64,000 bases of DNA from the human T2T-CHM13v2.0 reference genome, Homo sapiens. The position numbers were made by a program, and so were the translations under genes. Below are positions 12,520-25,900 of the stretch, in pieces. The notes under the pieces are model-generated. The model made no database searches. It was not told the DNA's origin and was given only the letters and a program-made list of their open reading frames with translations. Position 1 is the stretch's first letter. Every line of letters starts with the position of its first letter. The DNA lies in NCBI RefSeq assembly GCF_009914755.1, contig NC_060942.1, one strand, 5' to 3'.

Positions 12520-14554
12520 CTAAAGGAGTAGAACCTTTCTTTTCATAGAGAAGTTTTGAAACGCTCTTTTTGTGGAATCTGCAAGTGGATATTTGGCTAG
12601 TTTTGAGGATTTCGTTGGAAGCGGGAATTCATACAAATTGCAGACTGCAGCGTTCTGAGAAACATCTTTGTGATGTTTGTATTCAGGACAGAGAGTTGAA
12701 CATTCCCTATCATAGAGCAGGTTTGAATCACTCCTTTTGTAGTATCTGGAAGTGGACATTTGGAGCGCTTTCAGGCCTATGTTGGAAAAGGAAATATCTT
12801 CCCATAACAACTAGACAGAAGCATTCTCAGAAACTTATTTGAGATGTGTGTACTCAACTAAGAGAATTGAACCACCGTTTTGAAGGAGCAGTTTTGAAAC
12901 ACTCTTTTTCTGGAATCTGCAAGTGGATATTTGGCTAGCTTTGGGGATTTCGCTGGAAGCGGGAATACATATAAAAAGCACACAGCAGCGTTCTGAGAAA
13001 CTGCTTTCTGATGTTTGCATTCAAGTCAAAAGTTGAACACTCCCTTTCATAGAGCAGTCTTGAAACACCCCTTTTGTAGTATCTGGAACTGGACTTTTGG
13101 AGCGCTTTCAGGGCTAAGGTGAAAAAGGAAATATCTTCCCATAAAAACTGGACAGAAGCATTCTCAGAAACTTGTTTATGCTGTATCTACTCAACTAACA
13201 AAGTTGAACCTTTCTTTTGATAGAGCAGTTTTGAAATGCTCTTTTTGTGGAATCTGCAAGTGGATATTTGGCTAGTTTTGAGGATTTCGTTGGAAGCGGG
13301 AATTCATACAAATTGCAGACTGCAGCGTTCTGAGAAACATTTTTGTGATGTTTGTATTCAGGACAGAGAGTTGAACATTCCCTATCATAGAGCAGGTTGG
13401 AATCACTCCTTTTGTAGTATCTGGAAGTGGACATTTGGAGCGCTTTCAGGCCTATGTTGAAAAAGGAAATATCTTCCCATAACAACTAGACACAAGCATT
13501 CTCAGAAACTTGTTTGTGATGTGTGCCCTCTACTGACAGAGTTGAACCTTTCTTTTCATAGAGCAGTTTTGAAACACTCTTTTTGTAGAATCTGCAAGAG
13601 GATATTTGCATAGCTTTGAGGATTTCGTGGGAAACGGGATTGTCTTCAGGTAAAATCTAGACAGAAGCATTCTCAGAAACTTCTTTGGGATGTTTGCATT
13701 CAAGTCACAGAGCAGAACATTCCCTTTGGTAGAGCAGGTTTGAAACACTCTTTTTGTAGTATCTGGAAGTGGACATTTGGAGCGCTTTCAGGCCTATGTT
13801 GGAAAGGGAAATATCTTCCCGTAACAACTAGACACAAGCATTCTCAGAAACTTGTTTGTGATGTGTGCCCTCTACTGACAGAGTTGAACCTTTCTTTTCA
13901 TAGAGCAGTTTTGAAACACTCTTTTTGTAGAATCTGCAAGAGGATATTTGCATAGCTTTGAGGATTTCGTGGGAAACGGGATTGTCTTCAGGTAAAATCT
14001 AGACAGAAGCATTCTCAGAAACTTCTTTGGGATGTTTGCATTCATGTCACAGAGTAGAACATTCCCTTTGGTAGAGCAGGTTTGAAACACTCTTTTTTAA
14101 GTATATGGAAGTGGACATTTGGAGCGCTTTCAGGCCTACGTTGGAAAAGGAAATATCTTCCCATAACAACTAGACAGAAGCATTCTCAGAAACTAGTTTC
14201 TGATGTGTGTCCTCAACTAACACAGTTGAACATTTCTTTAGACAGAACAGTTTTGAAACACTCTTTTTGTGGAATCTGCAAGTGGCTATTTGGCTAGATT
14301 TGAGGATTTCGTTGGAAACGGGATTACATATAAAAAGCAGACAGCAGCATTCTCAGAAAGTTCTTTGTGATGATTGCATTCAAGTCACAGAATTGAACAT
14401 TCCCTTTCACAGAGCAGGTTTGAAACACTCTTTTTGTAGTGTGTGTAAGTGGACATTTGGAGCACTTTCCGGCCTAAGGTGAAAAAGGAAATATCTTCCC
14501 ATAAAAACTAGACAGAAGCATTCTCAGAAACTTACTCGTGATGTGTGTCCTCAA
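12520..14554 (+). repeat. Variant 12-mer HOR in which the b6 segment is replaced by a second copy of the b5 segment (length unchanged)
   Basis: 13832-13994 reads GACACAAG...CTTGTTTGTGATGTGTGCCCTCTACTGAC...TTCGTGGGAAACGGG...CAGGTAAAATC (b5 type) where other HORs have b6-type sequence; period remains 2035. Confidence 0.92.
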
Positions 14555-17500
14555 CTAAAGGAGTAGAACCTTTCTTTTCATAGAGAAGTTTTGAAACGCT
14601 CTTTTTGTGGAATCTGCAAGTGGATATTTGGCTAGTTTGGAGGATTTCGTTGGAAGCGGGAATTCATACAAATTGCAGACTGCAGCGTTCTGAGAAACAT
14701 CTTTGTGATGTTTGTATTCAGGACACAGAGTTGAACATTCCCTATCATAGAGCAGGTTTGAATCACTCCTTTTGTAGTATCTGGAAGTGGACATTTGGAG
14801 CGCTTTCAGGCCTATGTTGGAAAAGGAAATATCTTCCCATAACAACTAGACAGAAGCATTCTCAGAAACTTATTTGAGATGTGTGTACTCAACTAAGAGA
14901 ATTGAACCACCGTTTTGAAGGAGCAGTTTTGAAACACTCTTTTTCTGGAATCTGCAAGTGGATATTTGGCTAGCTTTGGGGATTTCGCTGGAAGCGGGAA
15001 TACATATAAAAAGCACACAGCAGCGTTCTGAGAAACTGCTTTCTGATGTTTGCATTCAAGTCAAAAGTTGAACACTCCCTTTCATAGAGCAGTCCTGAAA
15101 CACCCCTTTTGTAGTATCTGGAACTGGACTTTTGGAGCGCTTTCAGGGCTAAGGTGAAAAAGGAAATATCTTCCCATAAAAACTGGACAGAAGCATTCTC
15201 AGAAACTTGTTTATGCTGTATCTACTCAACTAACAAAGTTGAACCTTTCTTTTGATAGAGCAGTTTTGAAATGCTCTTTTTGTGGAATCTGCAAGTGGAT
15301 ATTTGGCTAGTTTTGAGGATTTCGTTGGAAGCGGGAATTCATACAAATTGCAGACTGCAGCGTTCTGAGAAACATCTTTGTGATGTTTGTATTCAGGACA
15401 GAGAGTTGAACATTCCCTATCATAGAGCAGGTTGGAATCACTCCTTTTGTAGTATCTGGAAGTGGACATTTGGAGCGCTTTCAGGCCTATGTTGAAAAAG
15501 GAAATATCTTCCCATAACAACTAGACACAAGCATTCTCAGAAACTTGTTTGTGATGTGTGCCCTCTACTGACAGAGTTGAACCTTTCTTTTCATAGAGCA
15601 GTTTTGAAACACTCTTTTTGTAGAATCTGCAAGAGGATATTTGCATAGCTTTGAGGATTTCGTGGGAAACGGGATTGTCTTCAGGTAAAATCTAGACAGA
15701 AGCATTCTCAGAAACTTCTTTGGGATGTTTGCATTCAAGTCACAGAGCAGAACATTCCCTTTGGTAGAGCAGGTTTGAAACACTCTTTTTGTAGTATCTG
15801 GAAGTGGACATTTGGAGCGCTTTCAGGCCTATGTTGGAAAGGGAAATATCTTCCCGTAACAACTAGGCAGAAGCATTCTCAGAAACTTATTTGAGATGTG
15901 TGTACTCAACTAAGAGAATTGAACCACCGTTTTGAAGGAGCAGTTTTGAAACACTCTTTTTCTGGAATCTGCAAGAGGATATTTGCCTAGCCTTGAGGAT
16001 TTCGTTGGAAACGGGATTGTCTTCAGATCAAATCTAGACAGAAGCATTCTCAGAAACTTCTTTGGGATGTTTGCATTCAAGTCACAGAGTAGAACATTCC
16101 CTTTGGTAGAGCAGGTTTGAAACACTCTTTTTTTAGTATATGGAAGTGGACATTTGGAGCGCTTTCAGGCCTACGTTGGAAAAGGAAATATCTTCCCATA
16201 ACAACTAGACAGAAGCATTCTCAGAAACTAGTTTCTGATGTGTGTCCTCAACTAACACAGTTGAACATTTCTTTAGACAGAACAGTTTTGAAACACTCTT
16301 TTTGTGGAATCTGCAAGTGGCTATTTGGCTAGATTTGAGGATTTCGTTGGAAACGGGATTACATATAAAAAGCAGACAGCAGCATTCTCAGAAAGTTCTT
16401 TGTGATGATTGCATTCAAGTCACAGAATTGAACATTCCCTTTCACAGAGCAGGTTTGAAACACTCTTTTTGTAGTGTGTGTAAGTGGACATTTGGAGCAC
16501 TTACCGGCCTAAGGTGAAAAAGGAAATATCTTCCCATAAAAACTAGACAGAAGCATTCTCAGAAACTTACTCGTGATGTGTGTCCTCAACTAAAGGAGTA
16601 GAACCTTTCTTTTCATAGAGAAGTTTTGAAACGCTCTTTTTGTGGAATCTGCAAGTGGATATTTGGCTAGTTTTGAGGATTTCGTTGGAAGCGGGAATTC
16701 ATACAAATTGCAGACTGCAGCGTTCTGAGAAACATCTTTGTGATGTTTGTATTCAGGACACAGAGTTGAACATTCCCTATCATAGAGCAGGTTTGAATCA
16801 CTCCTTTTGTAGTATCTGGAAGTGGACATTTGGAGCGCTTTCAGGCCTATGTTGGAAAAGGAAATATCTTCCCATAACAACTAGACAGAAGCATTCTCAG
16901 AAACTTATTTGAGATGTGTGTACTCAACTAAGAGAATTGAACCACCGTTTTGAAGGAGCAGTTTTGAAACACTCTTTTTCTGGAATCTGCAAGTGGATAT
17001 TTGGCTAGCTTTGGGGATTTCGCTGGAAGCGGGAATACATATAAAAAGCACACAGCAGCGTTCTGAGAAACTGCTTTCTGATGTTTGCATTCAAGTCAAA
17101 AGTTGAACACTCCCTTTCATAGAGCAGTCCTGAAACACTCCTTTTGTAGTATCTGGAACTGGACTTTTGGAGCGCTTTCAGGGCTAAGGTGAAAAAGGAA
17201 ATATCTTCCCATAAAAACTGGACAGAAGCATTCTCAGAAACTTGTTTATGCTGTATCTACTCAACTAACAAAGTTGAACCTTTCTTTTGATAGAGCAGTT
17301 TTGAAATGCTCTTTTTGTGGAATCTGCAAGTGGATATTTGGCTAGTTTTGAGGATTTCGTTGGAAGCGGGAATTCATACAAATTGCAGACTGCAGCGTTC
17401 TGAGAAACATCTTTGTGATGTTTGTATTCAGGACAGAGAGTTGAACATTCCCTATCATAGAGCAGGTTGGAATCACTCCTTTTGTAGTATCTGGAAGTGG

Positions 17501-18624
17501 ACATTTGGAGCGCTTTCAGGCCTATGTTGAAAAAGGAAATATCTTCCCATAACAACTAGACACAAGCATTCTCAGAAACTTGTTTGTGATGTGTGCCCTC
17601 TACTGACAGAGTTGAACCTTTCTTTTCATAGAGCAGTTTTGAAACACTCTTTTTGTAGAATCTGCAAGAGGATATTTGCATAGCTTTGAGGATTTCGTGG
17701 GAAACGGGATTGTCTTCAGGTAAAATCTAGACAGAAGCATTCTCAGAAACTTCTTTGGGATGTTTGCATTCAAGTCACAGAGCAGAACATTCCCTTTGGT
17801 AGAGCAGGTTTGAAACACTCTTTTTGTAGTATCTGGAAGTGGACATTTGGAGCGCTTTCAGGCCTATGTTGGAAAGGGAAATATCTTCCCGTAACAACTA
17901 GGCAGAAGCATTCTCAGAAACTTATTTGAGATGTGTGTACTCAACTAAGAGAATTGAACCACCGTTTTGAAGGAGCAGTTTTGAAACACTCTTTTTCTGG
18001 AATCTGCAAGAGGATATTTGCCTAGCCTTGAGGATTTCGTTGGAAACGGGATTGTCTTCAGATCAAATCTAGACAGAAGCATTCTCAGAAACTTCTTTGG
18101 GATGTTTGCATTCAAGTCACAGAGTAGAACATTCCCTTTGGTAGAGCAGGTTTGAAACACTCTTTTTTTAGTATATGGAAGTGGACATTTGGAGCGCTTT
18201 CAGGCCTACGTTGGAAAAGGAAATATCTTCCCATAACAACTAGACAGAAGCATTCTCAGAAACTAGTTTCTGATGTGTGTCCTCAACTAACACAGTTGAA
18301 CATTTCTTTAGACAGAACAGTTTTGAAACACTCTTTTTGTGGAATCTGCAAGTGGCTATTTGGCTAGATTTGAGGATTTCGTTGGAAACGGGATTACATA
18401 TAAAAAGCAGACAGCAGCATTCTCAGAAAGTTCTTTGTGATGATTGCATTCAAGTCACAGAATTGAACATTCCCTTTCACAGAGCAGGTTTGAAACACTC
18501 TTTTTGTAGTGTGTGTAAGTGGACATTTGGAGCACTTTCCGGCCTAAGGTGAAAAAGGAAATATCTTCCCATAAAAACTAGACAGAAGCATTCTCAGAAA
18601 CTTACTCGTGATGTGTGTCCTCAA

Positions 18625-19979
18625 CTAAAGGAGTAGAACCTTTCTTTTCATAGAGAAGTTTTGAAACGCTCTTTTTGTGGAATCTGCAAGTGGATATTTG
18701 GCTAGTTTTGAGGATTTCGTTGGAAGCGGGAATTCATACAAATTGCAGACTGCAGCGTTCTGAGAAACATCTTTGTGATGTTTGTATTCAGGACACAGAG
18801 TTGAACATTCCCTATCATAGAGCAGGTTTGAATCACTCCTTTTGTAGTATCTGGAAGTGGACATTTGGAGCGCTTTCAGGCCTATGTTGGAAAAGGAAAT
18901 ATCTTCCCATAACAACTAGACAGAAGCATTCTCAGAAACTTATTTGAGATGTGTGTACTCAACTAAGAGAATTGAACCACCGTTTTGAAGGAGCAGTTTT
19001 GAAACACTCTTTTTCTGGAATCTGCAAGTGGATATTTGGCTAGCTTTGGGGATTTCGCTGGAAGCGGGAATACATATAAAAAGCACACAGCAGCGTTCTG
19101 AGAAACTGCTTTCTGATGTTTGCATTCAAGTCAAAAGTTGAACACTCCCTTTCATAGAGCAGTCCTGAAACACTCCTTTTGTAGTATCTGGAACTGGACT
19201 TTTGGAGCGCTTTCAGGGCTAAGGTGAAAAAGGAAATATCTTCCCATAAAAACTGGACAGAAGCATTCTCAGAAACTTGTTTATGCTGTATCTACTCAAC
19301 TAACAAAGTTGAACCTTTCTTTTGATAGAGCAGTTTTGAAATGCTCTTTTTGTGGAATCTGCAAGTGGATATTTGGCTAGTTTTGAGGATTTCGTTGGAA
19401 GCGGGAATTCATACAAATTGCAGACTGCAGCGTTCTGAGAAACATCTTTGTGATGTTTGTATTCAGGACAGAGAGTTGAACATTCCCTATCATAGAGCAG
19501 GTTGGAATCACTCCTTTTGTAGTATCTGGAAGTGGACATTTGGAGCGCTTTCAGGCCTATGTTGAAAAAGGAAATATCTTCCCATAACAACTAGACACAA
19601 GCATTCTCAGAAACTTGTTTGTGATGTGTGCCCTCTACTGACAGAGTTGAACCTTTCTTTTCATAGAGCAGTTTTGAAACACTCTTTTTGTAGAATCTGC
19701 AAGAGGATATTTGCATAGCTTTGAGGATTTCGTGGGAAACGGGATTGTCTTCAGGTAAAATCTAGACAGAAGCATTCTCAGAAACTTCTTTGGGATGTTT
19801 GCATTCAAGTCACAGAGCAGAACATTCCCTTTGGTAGAGCAGGTTTGAAACACTTTTTTTGTAGTATCTGGAAGTGGACATTTGGAGCACTTTCCGGCCT
19901 AAGGTGAAAAAGGGAATATCTTCCCATAAAAACTAGACAGAAGCATTCTCAGAAACTTACTCGTGATGTGTGTCCTCAA
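18625..19979 (+). repeat. 8-mer structural variant type A (1355 bp; 680-bp deletion removing b6 and the next b1)
   Basis: Anchor spacing 18625 to 19980 is 1355; hybrid monomer with junction in 19872-19888. Confidence 0.93.
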
Positions 19980-22900
19980 CTAAAGGAGTAGAACCTTTGT
20001 TTTCATAGAGAAGTTTTGAAACGCTCTTTTTGTGGAATCTGCAAGTGGATATTTGGCTAGTTTGGAGGATTTCGTTGGAAGCGGGAATTCATACAAATTG
20101 CAGACTGCAGCGTTCTGAGAAACATCTTTGTGATGTTTGTATTCAGGACACAGAGTTGAACATTCCCTATCATAGAGCAGGTTTGAATCACTCCTTTTGT
20201 AGTATCTGGAAGTGGACATTTGGAGCGCTTTCAGGCCTATGTTGGAAAAGGAAATATCTTCCCATAACAACTAGACAGAAGCATTCTCAGAAACTTATTT
20301 GAGATGTGTGTACTCAACTAAGAGAATTGAACCACCGTTTTGAAGGAGCAGTTTTGAAACACTCTTTTTCTGGAATCTGCAAGTGGATATTTGGCTAGCT
20401 TTGGGGATTTCGCTGGAAGCGGGAATACATATAAAAAGCACACAGCAGCGTTCTGAGAAACTGCTTTCTGATGTTTGCATTCAAGTCAAAAGTTGAACAC
20501 TCCCTTTCATAGAGCAGTCCTGAAACACTCCTTTTGTAGTATCTGGAACTGGACTTTTGGAGCGCTTTCAGGGCTAAGGTGAAAAAGGAAATATCTTCCC
20601 ATAAAAACTGGACAGAAGCATTCTCAGAAACTTGTTTATGCTGTATCTACTCAACTAACAAAGTTGAACCTTTCTTTTGATAGAGCAGTTTTGAAATGCT
20701 CTTTTTGTGGAATCTGCAAGTGGATATTTGGCTAGTTTTGAGGATTTCGTTGGAAGCGGGAATTCATACAAATTGCAGACTGCAGCGTTCTGAGAAACAT
20801 CTTTGTGATGTTTGTATTCAGGACAGAGAGTTGAACATTCCCTATCATAGAGCAGGTTGGAATCACTCCTTTTGTAGTATCTGGAAGTGGACATTTGGAG
20901 CGCTTTCAGGCCTATGTTGAAAAAGGAAATATCTTCCCATAACAACTAGACACAAGCATTCTCAGAAACTTGTTTGTGATGTGTGCCCTCTACTGACAGA
21001 GTTGAACCTTTCTTTTCATAGAGCAGTTTTGAAACACTCTTTTTGTAGAATCTGCAAGAGGACATTTGCATAGCTTTGAGGATTTCGTGGGAAACGGGAT
21101 TGTCTTCAGGTAAAATCTAGACAGAAGCATTCTCAGAAACTTCTTTGGGATGTTTCCATTCAAGTCACAGAGCAGAACATTCCCTTTGGTAGAGCAGGTT
21201 TGAAACACTCTTTTTGTAGTATCTGGAAGTGGACATTTGGAGCGCTTTCAGGCCTATGTTGGAAAGGGAAATATCTTCCCGTAACAACTAGGCAGAAGCA
21301 TTCTCAGAAACTTATTTGAGATGTGTGTACTCAACTAAGAGAATTGAACCACCGTTTTGAAGGAGCAGTTTTGAAACACTCTTTTTCTGGAATCTGCAAG
21401 AGGATATTTGCCTAGCCTTGAGGATTTCGTTGGAAACGGGATTGTCTTCAGATCAAATCTAGACAGAAGCATTCTCAGAAACTTCTTTGGGATGTTTGCA
21501 TTCATGTCACAGAGTAGAACATTCCCTTTGGTAGAGCAGGTTTGAAACACTCTTTTTTAAGTATATGGAAGTGGACATTTGGAGCGCTTTCAGGCCTACG
21601 TTGGAAAAGGAAATATCTTCCCATAACAACTAGACAGAAGCATTCTCAGAAACTAGTTTCTGATGTGTGTCCTCAACTAACACAGTTGAACATTTCTTTA
21701 GACAGAACAGTTTTGAAACACTCTTTTTGTGGAATCTGCAAGTGGCTATTTGGCTAGATTTGAGGATTTCGTTGGAAACGGGATTACATATAAAAAGCAG
21801 ACAGCAGCATTCTCAGAAAGTTCTTTGTGATGATTGCATTCAAGTCACAGAATTGAACATTCCCTTTCACAGAGCAGGTTTGAAACACTCTTTTTGTAGT
21901 GTGTGTAAGTGGACATTTGGAGCACTTTCCGGCCTAAGGTGAAAAAGGAAATATCTTCCCATAAAAACTAGACAGAAGCATTCTCAGAAACTTACTCGTG
22001 ATGTGTGTCCTCAACTAAAGGAGTAGAACCTTTCTTTTCATAGAGAAGTTTTGAAACGCTCTTTTTGTGGAATCTGCAAGTGGATATTTGGCTAGTTTTG
22101 AGGATTTCGTTGGAAGCGGGAATTCATACAAATTGCAGACTGCAGCGTTCTGAGAAACATCTTTGTGATGTTTGTATTCAGGACACAGAGTTGAACATTC
22201 CCTATCATAGAGCAGGTTTGAATCACTCCTTTTGTAGTATCTGGAAGTGGACATTTGGAGCGCTTTCAGGCCTATGTTGGAAAAGGAAATATCTTCCCAT
22301 AACAACTAGACAGAAGCATTCTCAGAAACTTATTTGAGATGTGTGTACTCAACTAAGAGAATTGAACCACCGTTTTGAAGGAGCAGTTTTGAAACACTCT
22401 TTTTCTGGAATCTGCAAGTGGATATTTGGCTAGCTTTGGGGATTTCGCTGGAAGCGGGAATACATATAAAAAGCACACAGCAGCGTTCTGAGAAACTGCT
22501 TTCTGATGTTTGCATTCAAGTCAAAAGTTGAACACTCCCTTTCATAGAGCAGTCCTGAAACACTCCTTTTGTAGTATCTGGAACTGGACTTTTGGAGCGC
22601 TTTCAGGGCTAAGGTGAAAAAGGAAATATCTTCCCATAAAAACTGGACAGAAGCATTCTCAGAAACTTGTTTATGCTGTATCTACTCAACTAACAAAGTT
22701 GAACCTTTCTTTTGATAGAGCAGTTTTGAAATGGTCTTTTTGTGGAATCTGCAAGTGGATATTTGGCTAGTTTTGAGGATTTCGTTGGAAGCGGGAATTC
22801 ATACAAATTGCAGACTGCAGCGTTCTGAGAAACATCTTTGTGATGTTTGTATTCAGGACAGAGAGTTGAACATTCCCTATCATAGAGCAGGTTGGAATCA

Positions 22901-25900
22901 CTCCTTTTGTAGTATCTGGAAGTGGACATTTGGAGCGCTTTCAGGCCTATGTTGAAAAAGGAAATATCTTCCCATAACAACTAGACACAAGCATTCTCAG
23001 AAACTTGTTTGTGATGTGTGCCCTCTACTGACAGAGTTGAACCTTTCTTTTCATAGAGCAGTTTTGAAACACTCTTTTTGTAGAATCTGCAAGAGGATAT
23101 TTGCATAGCTTTGAGGATTTCGTGGGAAACGGGATTGTCTTCAGGTAAAATCTAGACAGAAGCATTCTCAGAAACTTCTTTGGGATGTTTGCATTCAAGT
23201 CACAGAGCAGAACATTCCCTTTGGTAGAGCAGGTTTGAAACACTCTTTTTGTAGTATCTGGAAGTGGACATTTGGAGCGCTTTCAGGCCTATGTTGGAAA
23301 GGGAAATATCTTCCCGTAACAACTAGGCAGAAGCATTCTCAGAAACTTATTTGAGATGTGTGTACTCAACTAAGAGAATTGAACCACCGTTTTGAAGGAG
23401 CAGTTTTGAAACACTCTTTTTCTGGAATCTGCAAGAGGATATTTGCCTAGCCTTGAGGATTTCGTTGGAAACGGGATTGTCTTCAGATCAAATCTAGACA
23501 GAAGCATTCTCAGAAACTTCTTTGGGATGTTTGCATTCATGTCACACAGTAGAACATTCCCTTTGGTAGAGCAGGTTTGAAACACTCTTTTTTAAGTATA
23601 TGGAAGTGGACATTTGGAGCGCTTTCAGGCCTACGTTGGAAAAGGAAATATCTTCCCATAACAACTAGACAGAAGCATTCTCAGAAACTAGTTTCTGATG
23701 TGTGTCCTCAACTAACACAGTTGAACATTTCTTTAGACAGAAGAGTTTTGAAACACTCTTTTTGTGGAATCTGCAAGTGGCTATTTGGCTAGATTTGAGG
23801 ATTTCGTTGGAAACGGGATTACATATAAAAAGCAGACAGCAGCATTCTCAGAAAGTTCTTTGTGATGATTGCATTCAAGTCACAGAATTGAACATTCCCT
23901 TTCACAGAGCAGGTTTGAAACACTCTTTTTGTAGTGTGTGTAAGTGGACATTTGGAGCACTTACCGGCCTAAGGTGAAAAAGGAAATATCTTCCCATAAA
24001 AACTAGACAGAAGCATTCTCAGAAACTTACTCGTGATGTGTGTCCTCAACTAAAGGAGTAGAACCTTTCTTTTCATAGAGAAGTTTTGAAACGCTCTTTT
24101 TGTGGAATCTGCAAGTGGATATTTGGCTAGTTTTGAGGATTTCGTTGGAAGCGGGAATTCATACAAATTGCAGACTGCAGCGTTCTGAGAAACATCTTTG
24201 TGATGTTTGTATTCAGGACACAGAGTTGAACATTCCCTATCATAGAGCAGGTTTGAATCACTCCTTTTGTAGTATCTGGAAGTGGACATTTGGAGCGCTT
24301 TCAGGCCTATGTTGGAAAAGGAAATATCTTCCCATAACAACTAGACAGAAGCATTCTCAGAAACTTATTTGAGATGTGTGTACTCAACTAAGAGAATTGA
24401 ACCACCGTTTTGAAGGAGCAGTTTTGAAACACTCTTTTTCTGGAATCTGCAAGTGGATATTTGGCTAGCTTTGGGGATTTCGCTGGAAGCGGGAATACAT
24501 ATAAAAAGCACACAGCAGCGTTCTGAGAAACTGCTTTCTGATGTTTGCATTCAAGTCAAAAGTTGAACACTCCCTTTCATAGAGCAGTCCTGAAACACTC
24601 CTTTTGTAGTATCTGGAACTGGACTTTTGGAGCGCTTTCAGGGCTAAGGTGAAAAAGGAAATATCTTCCCATAAAAACTGGACAGAAGCATTCTCAGAAA
24701 CTTGTTTATGCTGTATCTACTCAACTAACAAAGTTGAACCTTTCTTTTGATAGAGCAGTTTTGAAATGCTCTTTTTGTGGAATCTGCAAGTGGATATTTG
24801 GCTAGTTTTGAGGATTTCGTTGGAAGCGGGAATTCATACAAATTGCAGACTGCAGCGTTCTGAGAAACATCTTTGTGATGTTTGTATTCAGGACAGAGAG
24901 TTGAACATTCCCTATCATAGAGCAGGTTGGAATCACTCCTTTTGTAGTATCTGGAAGTGGACATTTGGAGCGCTTTCAGGCCTATGTTGAAAAAGGAAAT
25001 ATCTTCCCATAACAACTAGACACAAGCATTCTCAGAAACTTGTTTGTGATGTGTGCCCTCTACTGACAGAGTTGAACCTTTCTTTTCATAGAGCAGTTTT
25101 GAAACACTCTTTTTGTAGAATCTGCAAGAGGATATTTGCATAGCTTTGAGGATTTCGTGGGAAACGGGATTGTCTTCAGGTAAAATCTAGACAGAAGCAT
25201 TCTCAGAAACTTCTTTGGGATGTTTGCATTCAAGTCACAGAGCAGAACATTCCCTTTGGTAGAGCAGGTTTGAAACACTCTTTTTGTAGTATCTGGAAGT
25301 GGACATTTGGAGCGCTTTCAGGCCTATGTTGGAAAGGGAAATATCTTCCCGTAACAACTAGGCAGAAGCATTCTCAGAAACTTATTTGAGATGTGTGTAC
25401 TCAACTAAGAGAATTGAACCACCGTTTTGAAGGAGCAGTTTTGAAACACTCTTTTTCTGGAATCTGCAAGAGGATATTTGCCTAGCCTTGAGGATTTCGT
25501 TGGAAACGGGATTGTCTTCAGATCAAATCTAGACAGAAGCATTCTCAGAAACTTCTTTGGGATGTTTGCATTCATGTCACACAGTAGAACATTCCCTTTG
25601 GTAGAGCAGGTTTGAAACACTCTTTTTTAAGTATATGGAAGTGGACATTTGGAGCGCTTTCAGGCCTACGTTGGAAAAGGAAATATCTTCCCATAACAAC
25701 TAGACAGAAGCATTCTCAGAAACTAGTTTCTGATGTGTGTCCTCAACTAACACAGTTGAACATTTCTTTAGACAGAAGAGTTTTGAAACACTCTTTTTGT
25801 GGAATCTGCAAGTGGCTATTTGGCTAGATTTGAGGATTTCGTTGGAAACGGGATTACATATAAAAAGCAGACAGCAGCATTCTCAGAAAGTTCTTTGTGA

